A stretch of DNA of 55,470 nucleotides from an uncultured Dehalococcoidales bacterium (GTDB lineage Bacteria; Chloroflexota; Dehalococcoidia; Dehalococcoidales; UBA2162). Shown here piece by piece: positions 28,211 to 38,181 of the stretch. The position numbers and the translations under genes were made by a program. Below the pieces are notes generated by a model. The model was not told the origin of the DNA. It made no database searches and saw only the letters and a list, made by a program, of their open reading frames with translations. The stretch is taken from NCBI GenBank assembly GCA_964606525.1, contig CAZSHH010000003.1, forward strand, positions 8,006-63,475, read 5' to 3'. Every line of letters begins with the position of its first letter. The stretch's first letter is position 1.

Positions 28211-29008
28211 AGGTTATATAAGATGCGCTGAACAATACGCAGGATAATAATTATTCGGAATAGCAGACCACACAGATCTTTTGATAATTTTTTGACTTTA
28301 TTCAGTGATTATTGACCATTTGTTAAGCATATTTGTGTTATTTTGTTACAAAGATCGCGGGACTATTAATCATCGCCAGGTTTTAAGACCCAAGAACCGA
28401 CTGTCAGCCTCAGTTAATCCGGAATTACCCTGGCTGGAGCAGCTGTTCTAATTGGATTCGTTAAATCCTGATGCCTCTTTTTTGATAGGTAAGATACCAA
28501 GGATATAACCAAATGCCTATGAAGCAACTATAATAGAAAAGTAGCAAGCTTCATCAATTAACAAATTTAACAGAAATCCTCACAATACCGGCGGTTGGTC
28601 TTAATGCCGGTGATATCATCTTGAACTCGTAATTTTTAATCTCGTTTGATCATACGGATTTCTTGATGGGGCTTTATTATCAAGAATCCCTTGTGTCAAT
28701 CAAAATAATTCTTCTTTTCTTTACTGTTAACCTGAACAGGAGTAGTACGGCGTTTTCGGCGCCCATAGATGGCTTGATCCGGCGGAATCAGTTAAGACGA
28801 AACCCGGTAATCTTTTAAAAACTAGAGAGGAAGTTAAGTAATATACTAAAGAACCTGGTACAGGTTCTGCAATAGGCACACAGATCGATGCTGATTAAAG
28901 GAGGTGCTAAATCAAGAATACTAAATGAACAATGATTTACCGCTTTTCGAAGAAGAGCTATCAGTGTCCTATAAGTAATATTTCTCGATGATAAGGAGGT
29001 AACCCTGA

Positions 29009-29962
29009 ATGGATTGGAAAGGTATATTTTTTGAGCCCTTACAAGGTTTTTTCTCATCTATCATGGAATACTTGCCATACGTTATAGGAGCACTCGTATT
29101 ACTACTGGTGGCGTGGATTCTCGCCAAAATACTCCGGTCGCTCGCCCGGAAGCTGGTAAAAGCTACCGGCATCGATAAAAGATTTGGGAAAGATAAAGCA
29201 TTAAGTGATAAGAGCGAATATCCAATCGCCGAGGGCACGGGGACCGTCGTGTTCTGGCTGGTATGGATATTTTTCATACTGGCGATACTTCAAGTTCTTG
29301 GTTTACACGGAGCGCTGGATTCTGTGGTCTTATTATTCGAAAGGATATTTGCTGCTCTGCCGAGTATCCTGGCGGCAGTTATCGTCCTGGTTATTTTCTA
29401 TCTTGTAGCCCGCTTCGTAGCGAACCTGATCACCAAATTACTAACGAAAATTCGTTTCGATGAGATACCGGTCAAGCTGGGATTAGCCCAAAAACCGATG
29501 ACAGGCGGGGGGTCCCCTTCACACCTGGTAGGCTATTTGGCAATGGTATTCATTTTACTCTTCGCCATCATGATGGCAGCCGAGCTACTAGGCTTCACCC
29601 AGGTGAATAATTTAGTCGCTAGCTTTACTGAATTTTTAGCTTTGGTTTTATTAGGCCTGATCATCATCGGCATTGGTATCTTCGTGGCAAATATGGTGGT
29701 CAACATATTAAAAGCCGGCGGAAGGTCAACCTCAGCGATATCGTTGGTAAGGATTTTCATTATTGTTCTCAGTATCGCTATCGGCCTACGGGCGATGGGT
29801 TTTGCCAACGACATAATTTTACTGGTGTTTGGATTATTGCTGGGAGCAATCGCCGTAGCAGCAGCGATCGCCTTTGGATTAGGCGGACGCAAAACTGCCG
29901 AAAAACTGCTGGAACGATGGACCAGTAGCGGTGGAGAGAAAACCGATACGGATACACATTAA
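29009..29962 (+). CDS. membrane protein with conserved TM-helix repeats (MscS-N-terminal-like)
   Basis: 317-aa ORF with SD TAAGGAGGT. Has repeated helices of the type EYLPYVIGALVLLLVAWILAKILRSLARKLV and ALPSILAAVIVLVIFYLVARFVANLITKLL. Confidence 0.6.
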   Translation: MDWKGIFFEPLQGFFSSIMEYLPYVIGALVLLLVAWILAKILRSLARKLVKATGIDKRFGKDKALSDKSEYPIAEGTGTVVFWLVWIFFILAILQVLGLHGALDSVVLLFERIFAALPSILAAVIVLVIFYLVARFVANLITKLLTKIRFDEIPVKLGLAQKPMTGGGSPSHLVGYLAMVFILLFAIMMAAELLGFTQVNNLVASFTEFLALVLLGLIIIGIGIFVANMVVNILKAGGRSTSAISLVRIFIIVLSIAIGLRAMGFANDIILLVFGLLLGAIAVAAAIAFGLGGRKTAEKLLERWTSSGGEKTDTDTH

Positions 29963-30024
29963 CCTGATGCCGATACCGTGAAGTCAAAATAATACTGAAT
30001 GTAACCGTTGATAAAGTTTGGGAA

Positions 30025-30053
30025 GGCTGGGGGTATCTCTTGTACCCCCAGCC
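30025..30053 (+). terminator. 11-bp hairpin downstream of the membrane-protein gene (no U-tract)
   Basis: Perfect stem GGCTGGGGGTA / TACCCCCAGCC with loop TCTCTTG, and no flanking T-run. Confidence 0.35.
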
Positions 30054-30403
30054 GATATTCAGGTGGATTACTACATTTCCGGTGTGATATTTCACTTTGT
30101 CATTACATTTTTGTGACATTTCTTTCCCATAATGCCTGCCAGGAAAACGAGTATATTGACAATCGATTTGCAGGTATGTAATCATTTACTTACCTCCTGG
30201 TTCGCGTCTTGATAGAGCCTCCAAAACACGGGACACAATTCCAAAAAATAATCCCCAACATACGAGTCTATTTACAATTCATCCCTCGATACACCCTGTA
30301 TATGAAATAAAAACGAGATGGTTTTTCTAATTCCTGATCAAACAGCCAGCTTAATGTTTTGGGTTATTTAACTGTGGACCACAGAAAAACAAGGAGGGGA
30401 GGG

Positions 30404-31132
30404 ATGGTTACAAAAAAGGTTACACGTGGCGTAATCCTGGCGGCCGGGGATGGTGGACGCATGGGACAACTCACCCGCCGATTACCCAAAGTACTCCTTC
30501 ACGTGAAAGACAAACCACTCATTTTTTATGCGATCGAATCAATGCTGAACGCGGGCATTAACGAGATAGCGATAGTTGTTGGCTACTTGAGAAAACAAAT
30601 GGAGACCCTATTACAGGGAAACGGATTAAGACATCATATCAGTTTTATCTATAACCCTGACTATCTTGGTGGTAATGCACTTTCAGTCAACGTTGCGGGG
30701 AGATGGGCACAAGGAGAACCTTTTGTATTATGCATGGGCGATCATATGGTCGATACTCAATTTATCCGTAGTTTTCTCGAAGGGCTAAATACCAGCGAAA
30801 AACTCGGAGTTGATTACTATCCCGGCAGCCATCATGTGATAGACGAAGCAACCAAGGTAGCCGTAACCCAGGACGGGAAGATCCAACAAATCGGCAAGGG
30901 AATAGAAAAATGGAACGCTCTTGATACCGGGGTTTTTATCCTCAGTGCGAACTTTCTGAAAACAATACAGGAACTAATCCCGTACATGGGGAATAACATC
31001 GAAATCAGTGATGTCATTCGTTCCATGATCTTGAAGCGACAGCCCTTTTTTACCCAGGATATGTCCGGTTTATTCTGGGCAGATGTGGATACCCCCGAGG
31101 ACCTGGTCATGGTCTCCGGAGGTATCTTATGA
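30404..31132 (+). CDS. nucleotidyl(cytidylyl)transferase, IPCT/LicC-like
   Basis: The ATG at 30404 follows GGAGGGGAGGG. Has the N-terminal loop GVILAAGDGGRMG...LPKVLL, the sequence ALDTGVFIL and C-terminal FWADVDTPEDL. Its stop overlaps the next gene's start (ATGA). Confidence 0.75.
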   Translation: MVTKKVTRGVILAAGDGGRMGQLTRRLPKVLLHVKDKPLIFYAIESMLNAGINEIAIVVGYLRKQMETLLQGNGLRHHISFIYNPDYLGGNALSVNVAGRWAQGEPFVLCMGDHMVDTQFIRSFLEGLNTSEKLGVDYYPGSHHVIDEATKVAVTQDGKIQQIGKGIEKWNALDTGVFILSANFLKTIQELIPYMGNNIEISDVIRSMILKRQPFFTQDMSGLFWADVDTPEDLVMVSGGIL

Positions 31133-31788
31133 GTATCATCTATGACGGCTTTATTTCGAAACACTTGAACCGCAAGATATCGGAACCGATTGCCCGGGTA
31201 TTGGCGCATACACCCCTCACGCCAAATATGGCTACGATAGGCTCTTTTTCCATTGCGATCATCAGCTTTGTCGCTTTCTTGACAGGGCAAAATATCCTGG
31301 GGGGCATTCTGGCTCAGATTTCATCTATTGCCGACGGAATCGATGGAGGATTAGCCCGGCAGAAACAAATGACATCTGCTTTCGGTAGTTTTTTTGATGC
31401 GCTGCTCGACCGTTATTCCGATAGTTTGATAATACTCGGAATAACTATTTGGGCGGCAGCGAATGAAACGTATGCCGGTGTCTGGTTAATCGGCTTTGCA
31501 GCGGTGACCGGCACGTTGGCCGTCAGTTACAGCCGCGCACGGGTTGAACCTCAATACCGGGCCGTCTTCGACAGGGGATTAACCTCGCTGGCATCACGTG
31601 ATGTCCGGCTTTTTCTCATTATGATCGGGAGTATCGCAGGCCAGTTATTTATCACCCTCTCGTTAATAGCCTTGCTGACAAATATGGTGGTCATCCTGCG
31701 CCTGTTTACTGTTTACCGTTTGTATTCAACGAAAACAACGTTTGGAAATACACTTAAAGCTCTTGATAAGGACACAATCAAGACATAA
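31129..31788 (+). CDS. CDP-alcohol phosphatidyltransferase family membrane protein
   Basis: Full signature D-G-x2-A-R-x8-G-x3-D-x3-D in ADGIDGGLARQKQMTSAFGSFFDALLDRYSD. Has multiple TM helices and an N-terminal FISKHLNRKISEPIARVLAHTPLTPN, as in DIPP-synthase-type enzymes. Confidence 0.8.
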   Translation: MSIIYDGFISKHLNRKISEPIARVLAHTPLTPNMATIGSFSIAIISFVAFLTGQNILGGILAQISSIADGIDGGLARQKQMTSAFGSFFDALLDRYSDSLIILGITIWAAANETYAGVWLIGFAAVTGTLAVSYSRARVEPQYRAVFDRGLTSLASRDVRLFLIMIGSIAGQLFITLSLIALLTNMVVILRLFTVYRLYSTKTTFGNTLKALDKDTIKT

Positions 31789-32044
31789 GCATCACAGGGT
31801 GATACAGTGAGGTCTGGATAGAACAATGACAACCACTGTATCAGATTTGTGGAGAACAGCAGGCGTCATTTTACTTGATACTGCTGTATTGTAGTGCTAT
31901 TTCAGGCCAATTACCCTTCCCTGATGTTAAGAGAGTACTATTTCCCTATGTATTATGGTCGTTTAAGTGACTTATAATCAGGATTATTGATGTTATCGTT
32001 AAGGTGATGGGAGTGAGACATATCGGAATCACGAGGAAAGGTTA

Positions 32045-32671
32045 TTGGTAGGTTACTCTTCACGGCAGACATTTAAGGCGATGGAATATGCGCGGGGCAT
32101 GGTGCATACTGCCCTCGGGTTGGTCCTGGTGGCTATTTTGCACCTATTCCCCTGGTTATTCGCCGTGTTTATAATTTCCATCGGTACCGCCTTCGTACTG
32201 GTTATCGAGTACCTGAGATTCAAAAATCCCCGTTTACAGCAATGGCTCCGCCGCTGGCTCGCCGTATTTATGCGGGAAGAAGAAGACCGCGGTCTAACCG
32301 GAGCCAGTTATTATCTGATCGGGGCACTGATCACGACCCTGTTATTCCCGGTAGACATCGCCTCGCTGGCCATCCTCTACCTGGCCTGCGGCGATCCCTC
32401 GGCGGCGGCGATGGGCCGGTGGCGGGGTTACACCAGGCCATGGAATAAACACATCGAAGGCAACCTGGCATTCCTCTTTGTCAGCCTCGCAGTAGGGATC
32501 ATCGCCATGCGTATTTTCAAGACACCTGATATCATCGTGGTAGCAGCAGGGGCTTTCTCTGCCGCCCTGATCCATGCTTTACCCTTCCCACGGCGTTTTA
32601 ATGACAATGTGACGATCCCCATCGGCAGTGCCCTGGCTATGACCATTACGTGTCTATTACGGCCATTCTAG
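32045..32671 (+). CDS. polyprenol/phytol/dolichol-kinase - CTP-transferase superfamily membrane protein
   Basis: Polytopic 208-aa ORF. The block LACGDPSAAAMGRWRG...NKHIEGNLAFLF resembles CTP-dependent lipid kinases. The start is uncertain (TTG at 32045, or an internal ATG giving MEYARG). Confidence 0.45.
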   Translation: MVGYSSRQTFKAMEYARGMVHTALGLVLVAILHLFPWLFAVFIISIGTAFVLVIEYLRFKNPRLQQWLRRWLAVFMREEEDRGLTGASYYLIGALITTLLFPVDIASLAILYLACGDPSAAAMGRWRGYTRPWNKHIEGNLAFLFVSLAVGIIAMRIFKTPDIIVVAAGAFSAALIHALPFPRRFNDNVTIPIGSALAMTITCLLRPF

Positions 32672-32742
32672 TTACCAGGGAATTTCAGCCTTTAACACCA
32701 ACACCTGAAAAAAGACATCGCATCCGGTTCTCCGAGTTAACA

Positions 32743-32919
32743 TTACTCCCCTTTTTTATCAGAGAAAATAGCCGCGGTGCCGACAAATGCAAGTATGATG
32801 CCGACTCCCAGGAGCATTATTGGGAAAAAACCACTTCCGCTATCCTTACTGGATAAATAGGCCAGAACAAAAAGCACTGCACTCACAGCAAATGGTGCGA
32901 TTATTTTCGCTGCCTTCAT
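32743..32919 (-). CDS. 58-aa two-helix membrane peptide (below the track cutoff)
   Basis: Read manually as MKAAKIIAPFAVSAVLFVLAYLSSKDSGSGFFPIMLLGVGIILAFVGTAAIFSDKKGE. SD GGAG lies 6 nt upstream of the ATG. Confidence 0.35.
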   Translation of the reverse strand: MKAAKIIAPFAVSAVLFVLAYLSSKDSGSGFFPIMLLGVGIILAFVGTAAIFSDKKGE

Positions 32920-33273
32920 TACTCACTCCAGTTCTGTATTTAAAACATCTGTCACGAATAAATATTAACCGAATAACCAGCTATTATTGTAACCAGATGA
33001 CGAAGCTGAGTTAGTAAACGAACATGAGCTCCAGATAATAGCAAGCCGCAGCCCGGTTATCACCGGAAGATTTCACAGCAGCATGGATGCGGTTACTTAA
33101 CGGCGGTGGGCCACTGCTTATCGCTGCCGGGGAAAGCGCGGCGTCCTTGTCCAGGAATCTCCAGATACCGGAAAGTTCCATGTGGATGTGAGATAATCTG
33201 CGCGGAATCAAACGGCAACCACCTGAAATCTGAATCGTTACGATTGCCGAAAGACCGAAAATAACCCCCTTTG

Positions 33274-34245
33274 TTATATCAACTCAGTCTTTTCATCCTC
33301 GGTCAACCTCCAGCCGGCAGCTGCAACGTTTGCCGATACCTGTTCTGAACTGGTAGCTCCAGCAATCACCGAACTAAGCCACGGATGAGAGAGTAACCAT
33401 GATATCGCCAGTTCGCCCAAGCTCCGATTCCGTTCAGAAGCAAATGTCTGCAATTTCTCGATTTTATCGTAATTAATGTCCGATATTATTGGAGCAAACA
33501 TGGCGGGATTGGCTGTCATTCCGGGGAGAGACCGACGTGGCGGAGGAGCTGCTGATGAAGAGTTTAAACGGGTGCCCTGCGGTAACGGTTTCCCACGCTG
33601 GTATTTACCCGTTAAAAACCCTTCGGCTAAAGGTGACCATGGAATTACGCCTACTCCAAACTTTTCGCAACAGGGAACCAGTTCTGTCTCGATACTCCGG
33701 TTCAGTAAGTTATATCTTGTTTGTACTGCTGCGAACGACTCCAGGTTGTTGACTTTAGAGATCCACAATGCATCACAAAGCTGCCAGGCATTCAAGTTCG
33801 AACAAGCTGCGTAACGGATTTTCCCGGAATGTATAAGAATACCAAGTGTCCGCAGGGTTTCTTCAATCGGTGCGGTCGGATCAGGCCAGTGAAGATAATA
33901 AACATCCACATAATCTGTTGCCAGACGTTTTAAACTATTATTAATAGCCTCTATGATATGAGCCCGTGAACCACCGTAATCATTAGGAGACTCTCCAGTG
34001 GCAATACCGAACTTAGTGGCTATGATAACCCTGGAACGTTTGCCCTTTATAGCTCTACCTACATACTCTTCGGCACGACCATCGTTATATACATCTGCAG
34101 TATCGATAAAATTTATTCCCATATCCAGGGCATGGTCCATAATGGATATGGATTCCTTCTCACTTAACCTGCGGCCGAATTCCAGGGTGCCCAGTCCAAC
34201 TTCCGAGACTTTCAATCCAGACCTGCCAAGATTACGGTATTTCAT
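33274..34245 (-). CDS. aldo/keto reductase (second paralog)
   Basis: 323-aa ORF with SD AAAGGAGAA. Carries MKYRNLGRSGLKVSEVGLGT, MGINFIDTADVY and IIATKFG. Confidence 0.85.
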   Translation of the reverse strand: MKYRNLGRSGLKVSEVGLGTLEFGRRLSEKESISIMDHALDMGINFIDTADVYNDGRAEEYVGRAIKGKRSRVIIATKFGIATGESPNDYGGSRAHIIEAINNSLKRLATDYVDVYYLHWPDPTAPIEETLRTLGILIHSGKIRYAACSNLNAWQLCDALWISKVNNLESFAAVQTRYNLLNRSIETELVPCCEKFGVGVIPWSPLAEGFLTGKYQRGKPLPQGTRLNSSSAAPPPRRSLPGMTANPAMFAPIISDINYDKIEKLQTFASERNRSLGELAISWLLSHPWLSSVIAGATSSEQVSANVAAAGWRLTEDEKTELI

Positions 34246-34508
34246 ACTTTTCTCCTTTACAGGATGATTATGTTAGCTCTTCGAAATGGCGATGTGTGAC
34301 GACAATTCTCTCCGTGACTGGAGGAGTATTGATTACTATTATTGGTCTCAGATGAAGTTGTCGTCATTAAGAGTATCCGATAAACACACAATTATAGGCG
34401 ATGCCTTTAGTATCTCCTTGTGTCTTAACGCCCTTTCCTGGCTGGGCTGCATCTTCATCTCCGGAACGTTTTGATGGCGAAGCGAGATGTTCCAGGGCGT
34501 CCTTCTTT

Positions 34509-34868
34509 TTATCCGGATAATGTTCTATCGGAGATCGTACCCACCATCATCCCCACCTGGGTCAGTCTTGATCTATCGATTGATACTGCTAAGCTGAAAT
34601 CATTAACTTTTGCCATACCATCGGCACTGAGTATGACATTACCTGGTTTGATGTCCCGGTGGATGATGCCTTGGGCATGAGCAAACTCCAGGCCTTTACA
34701 GACGGACCTGGCGATTTCGATGGTCTTATCGATGGGCAGCTTATGGTCCTGGGCTTTATCGACATAATGATAATTTAGGCATACCAGTTCTATCTGAATG
34801 GGCTATCCACAATTTTTACAAAACCCGGTGTTGTCCCTGACGTCATCCTGGCAATGCGGGCATTTCAT
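34509..34868 (-). pseudogene. remnant of a zinc-ribbon Ser/Thr protein kinase
   Basis: SD GGGAGGG then MKCPHCQDDVRDNTGFCKNCG, an in-frame TAG (34803..34805), then kinase subdomains V-VII only (...FAHAQGIIHRDIKPGNVILSADGMAKVNDFSLA...), ending GTISDRTLSG*. There is no Gly-loop or VAIK N-lobe and no APE or C-lobe. Confidence 0.6.
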
Positions 34869-35346
34869 AATGAATGCCCTCCCACACACCTTAAAGTCTA
34901 TTCCAGAAGGATGACATAAGTCAAGAAATATGTGGTCTCTAAGAAAGGGAATTCGAATTCAATCTTGAAGCTGGTTTTTAGCCTGTGGAAGGAATCACGC
35001 CAGTTTCTGAGGTTAAATAAGGATTGGTAAAATCACGGTAACAATGAATTGCATTGGTGGTATTGCTTTGCGAACTAATGATGCTTATCATCAGTTACTC
35101 CAGCTTTCAAAATAAGTAATTTCCAATCAACCGCGATGTTGCCATCATGATAGATAAGGCAGCTCCAAGTCAGTCTTGCACAAACCGATATTGCTAAGCT
35201 AGTTATCATTTAGGTATACTTATAAGAATACTTATAGGAAATCACATATAGCAACCCAACGTTACTTTGTAAATCAAATCGGCAGACTAGTCAACGGCTA
35301 GAAGGATATATCCCGAGTAACTAGACTGTAACGAGGTAGGAAGCTA

Positions 35347-35625
35347 ATGGACGCGATTAGTCTGGATACGGGCAGGATTTCCGGGATAGAAGCAACTGAA
35401 AAAGGCCAGAAAATCCGTATCTTCATAGGTCTGGTTTCATAGCGGAGGTCTCAGGTGACGCATTTCGCCAGGACGGGTAATCCCAGCGTAAAAGGGCTTA
35501 TCGAGTGGCCTGCGTGGGAAAGTCAAAACGACCAATATCTGCTAATCACAGATCCCCTGCAAATAAAGCGGGGATTTTCCGAACTGACAAAGATAGTACT
35601 GGACAGGTCACAACAGGTGATATAG
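35347..35625 (+). pseudogene. deletion remnant of a type-B carboxylesterase
   Basis: N-terminal about 30 aa (MDAISLDTGRISGIEATEKGQKIRIFIGL, compare the intact paralog's ENGTVRGIQGTDARITVFKGIP), an in-frame TAG (35440..35442), then only the extreme C-terminus (HFARTGNPSVKGLIEWPAWESQNDQYLLITDP). The catalytic core with GxSxG is missing. Confidence 0.55.
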
Positions 35626-35689
35626 GAAGGGCACAGGGTACAACAAAAACAGCCGGTAACCTGTTCCGGATGGTGAATTGGAGGTTGAA

Positions 35690-38092
35690 ATGGAAAGAAT
35701 GTTAGCCAGAATCAAACGGGGAGGATTTCCTCTTTGTATCGAAAAAGCCCGCCTGATTACAGAAGCGGTTAAACAAACAGAAGGGGAAACCGGAGTTATA
35801 AGGTATGCCAAAGTTTACTCGCATATGCTGCAAAATATGCCTGTTTTAATCGATAAAGATGAGCTTTTCGTAGGCGAAGGGGCCAGCAAGCCATGGGGGG
35901 CTGAGATCGATCCCTTCCTGGGCGTATGGAAAGAGGAAGAAATCAGAGGAGCGGTTGAGGACGGGATTGTTTCGACTGAGGATATGGATTGGCCGATGTT
36001 GAGAGAATTGGGCAAATACTGGGAGACCAGGTGCTCGGAGTACATTCAAGCGAAAAGTATCAATGATAACATGTTCAAGTACCTGCAAGTTGGCATTACT
36101 CTGCCGCCGATGAAACAGAAAGATGAATTCAGAGGAGCATATGCCGGCAGCGGCCTTTGCCTGTCCTTCAATTTTACCGACTGCCATATGGACTTCGCCA
36201 GGTGGCTTGGTGGACTGAATCTGATCATTCGTGAAGCTGAAGAGGAAATCGAGAGAACAGGGTCACTCTCGCGAGATGATACTGAAAAGAAAGCCTTCCT
36301 TGAAGCATCAATCACGGTACTCAAATCAATCATTGCATTTGCCAACAGATATGCAGATGCAGCCGGGAAAATGGCTGAAAGGGAAAAGAACCCTCTGCGA
36401 AAAACAGAACTTGAGCGAATTGCCGAAGCCTGCCGATGGGTGCCAGCAAATTCACCCAGGAACTTCTTTCAGGCAATGCAATCTTTATGGTTCAACCAGA
36501 TATTATCGACACCAACTTCGACTCATAATCTCGGCAGATTCGATCAATATATGTATCCTTTCTATAAAAAGGACCGTGATGAAGGACGGATTTCCAACGA
36601 CGAAGTCCTGGCTCTGCTGTTTGAATTGCGTATCAAGTGCATGAAGCCTGAGAATATCAAGCTTTCAAGAGCCAAACGTTCCCAGCACGCCGGATACGCC
36701 AAATGGCGTAACATGACCATTGGCGGCGTTAACCCCGAGGGAGAAGACGCTACGAATGAATTGACCTATCTAGTATTAGAGGCAGCCAATAACCTCAGGA
36801 CACCTCATCACACTATTACCCTAAGAGTCCATGATGGGATCCCGGAGGACCTGCTGATCAAGGCATTGGAGGTCGTGAAGACCGGTATCGGAATGCCGGC
36901 GTTAGCCATTGACAAATCGTTTATTGACTATATGACCTCCGGAGGCATCCCTATCCAGGATGCACGCAATTACCACCTGGCCGGTTGTGTTGACCCGGCT
37001 ATTCCGGGAAAAACCAGCTTCCTGGCCGGTTTATTCTTTGTGGTTCCCAAGGTACTGGAGATTTTCTTGAATGACGGGTTAGACCCCCGCACCGGGTTGG
37101 AACTCGGGCCTTTCAAACCGAAGGTTGAAAACTACACGACATTTGATGAGTTTTACGATGCATTCCTGCAATTTCTTGCCTCTTTCATCAGAATATGGCA
37201 TGAGCACAGTTTTGTCACTCAGGGACGTTCTACAGAAATCCAGGGTTACCGCGATGTTGTAGATATACTGGAAACGGCTTTGATGCATAACGGAATGAAG
37301 GTGGGCAAACCATTGATGAGAAGGGTGCCGGAATTTCCTTTTGACTTCAGGGCGGTGATGGTACCCGTAGGCGGGATCAATGTAGCAGACTCACTGGCAG
37401 CGATCAAGAAACTGGTTTTCGACGAAAAAAAGATTACCATGACGCAACTTAAACAAGCGCTGGCTGCCAACTGGGAAGGTTATGAGAATATCAGAAAGAT
37501 ATGCCTTCAGGCTCCAAAATATGGGAATGATATCGATTATGTTGACTCGATCGCGAGAGAGTTATACAAATTCATCATCGACGAGGAGGCGAAACCTCTA
37601 TCGCCTGACCGTCCCACACGCGGAAGAATAAGAGGCATTGGCGGAGCATCCATATCATCGATGTTTGCCGGTGGGACAATAATCGGAGCAACGCCGGACG
37701 GAAGGTTAGCCGGCACTACTCTGTCCGACGGAACAGTGTCCCCTGCCCAGGGACAGGATACCCACGGTCCCACAGCAGTGCTCAGAAGCGCAGCCAAGAT
37801 CGACCAGTCCTTGTGTTCGTCTACACTGCTCAATATGAAGCTTCATCCATCATCACTGACAACCCGGGAAGATATAAAGAAACTGGGCAGTCTGATCATG
37901 GCATACGCTGACATGGGAGGGAAATGGATCCAGTTCAACGTTGTTGGAAACGAGCAGCTGCGGGAAGCTCAGAAATCTCCTGAGAATTATCGCGACTTGA
38001 TCGTGCGAGTAGCCGGCTATAGTGCCTATTTCGTAGACCTTGGCAAAGGGGTTCAGGACGACATTATCAGGCGCATGGAGGTGAGTGTCTAG
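35690..38092 (+). CDS. glycyl radical enzyme, PFL2/glycerol-dehydratase-like class, substrate unknown
   Basis: The ATG at 35690 lies 5 nt after TGGAGG; 800 aa. The C-terminal glycyl radical motif is LIVRVAGYSAYFVDL (Gly776, GGC at 38015..38017). The Cys loop is HLAGCVDPAIPG (Cys433, TGT at 36986..36988). The N-terminus IEKARLITEAVKQTEG...IDKDELFVGE is typical of this class. Confidence 0.9.
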   Translation: MERMLARIKRGGFPLCIEKARLITEAVKQTEGETGVIRYAKVYSHMLQNMPVLIDKDELFVGEGASKPWGAEIDPFLGVWKEEEIRGAVEDGIVSTEDMDWPMLRELGKYWETRCSEYIQAKSINDNMFKYLQVGITLPPMKQKDEFRGAYAGSGLCLSFNFTDCHMDFARWLGGLNLIIREAEEEIERTGSLSRDDTEKKAFLEASITVLKSIIAFANRYADAAGKMAEREKNPLRKTELERIAEACRWVPANSPRNFFQAMQSLWFNQILSTPTSTHNLGRFDQYMYPFYKKDRDEGRISNDEVLALLFELRIKCMKPENIKLSRAKRSQHAGYAKWRNMTIGGVNPEGEDATNELTYLVLEAANNLRTPHHTITLRVHDGIPEDLLIKALEVVKTGIGMPALAIDKSFIDYMTSGGIPIQDARNYHLAGCVDPAIPGKTSFLAGLFFVVPKVLEIFLNDGLDPRTGLELGPFKPKVENYTTFDEFYDAFLQFLASFIRIWHEHSFVTQGRSTEIQGYRDVVDILETALMHNGMKVGKPLMRRVPEFPFDFRAVMVPVGGINVADSLAAIKKLVFDEKKITMTQLKQALAANWEGYENIRKICLQAPKYGNDIDYVDSIARELYKFIIDEEAKPLSPDRPTRGRIRGIGGASISSMFAGGTIIGATPDGRLAGTTLSDGTVSPAQGQDTHGPTAVLRSAAKIDQSLCSSTLLNMKLHPSSLTTREDIKKLGSLIMAYADMGGKWIQFNVVGNEQLREAQKSPENYRDLIVRVAGYSAYFVDLGKGVQDDIIRRMEVSV

Positions 38093-38181
38093 ATAGCCGT
38101 GGTCTTCTCCAGGAAACTGGAAATATACGCGCAAGACCAGTCGAAACTCGATGTGCCGCATCCTGATATTGGGAGATGGTG

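Noticed and set aside
34509-35625. Could the single in-frame TAG codons in the two remnants (34803..34805 and 35440..35442) be read through, by pyrrolysine or suppression?
   Set aside because: Even with read-through the products lack essential parts: the kinase has no N-lobe and the esterase has no catalytic core. No pyl genes are seen. Deletion remnants that happen to stay in frame is the simpler explanation.
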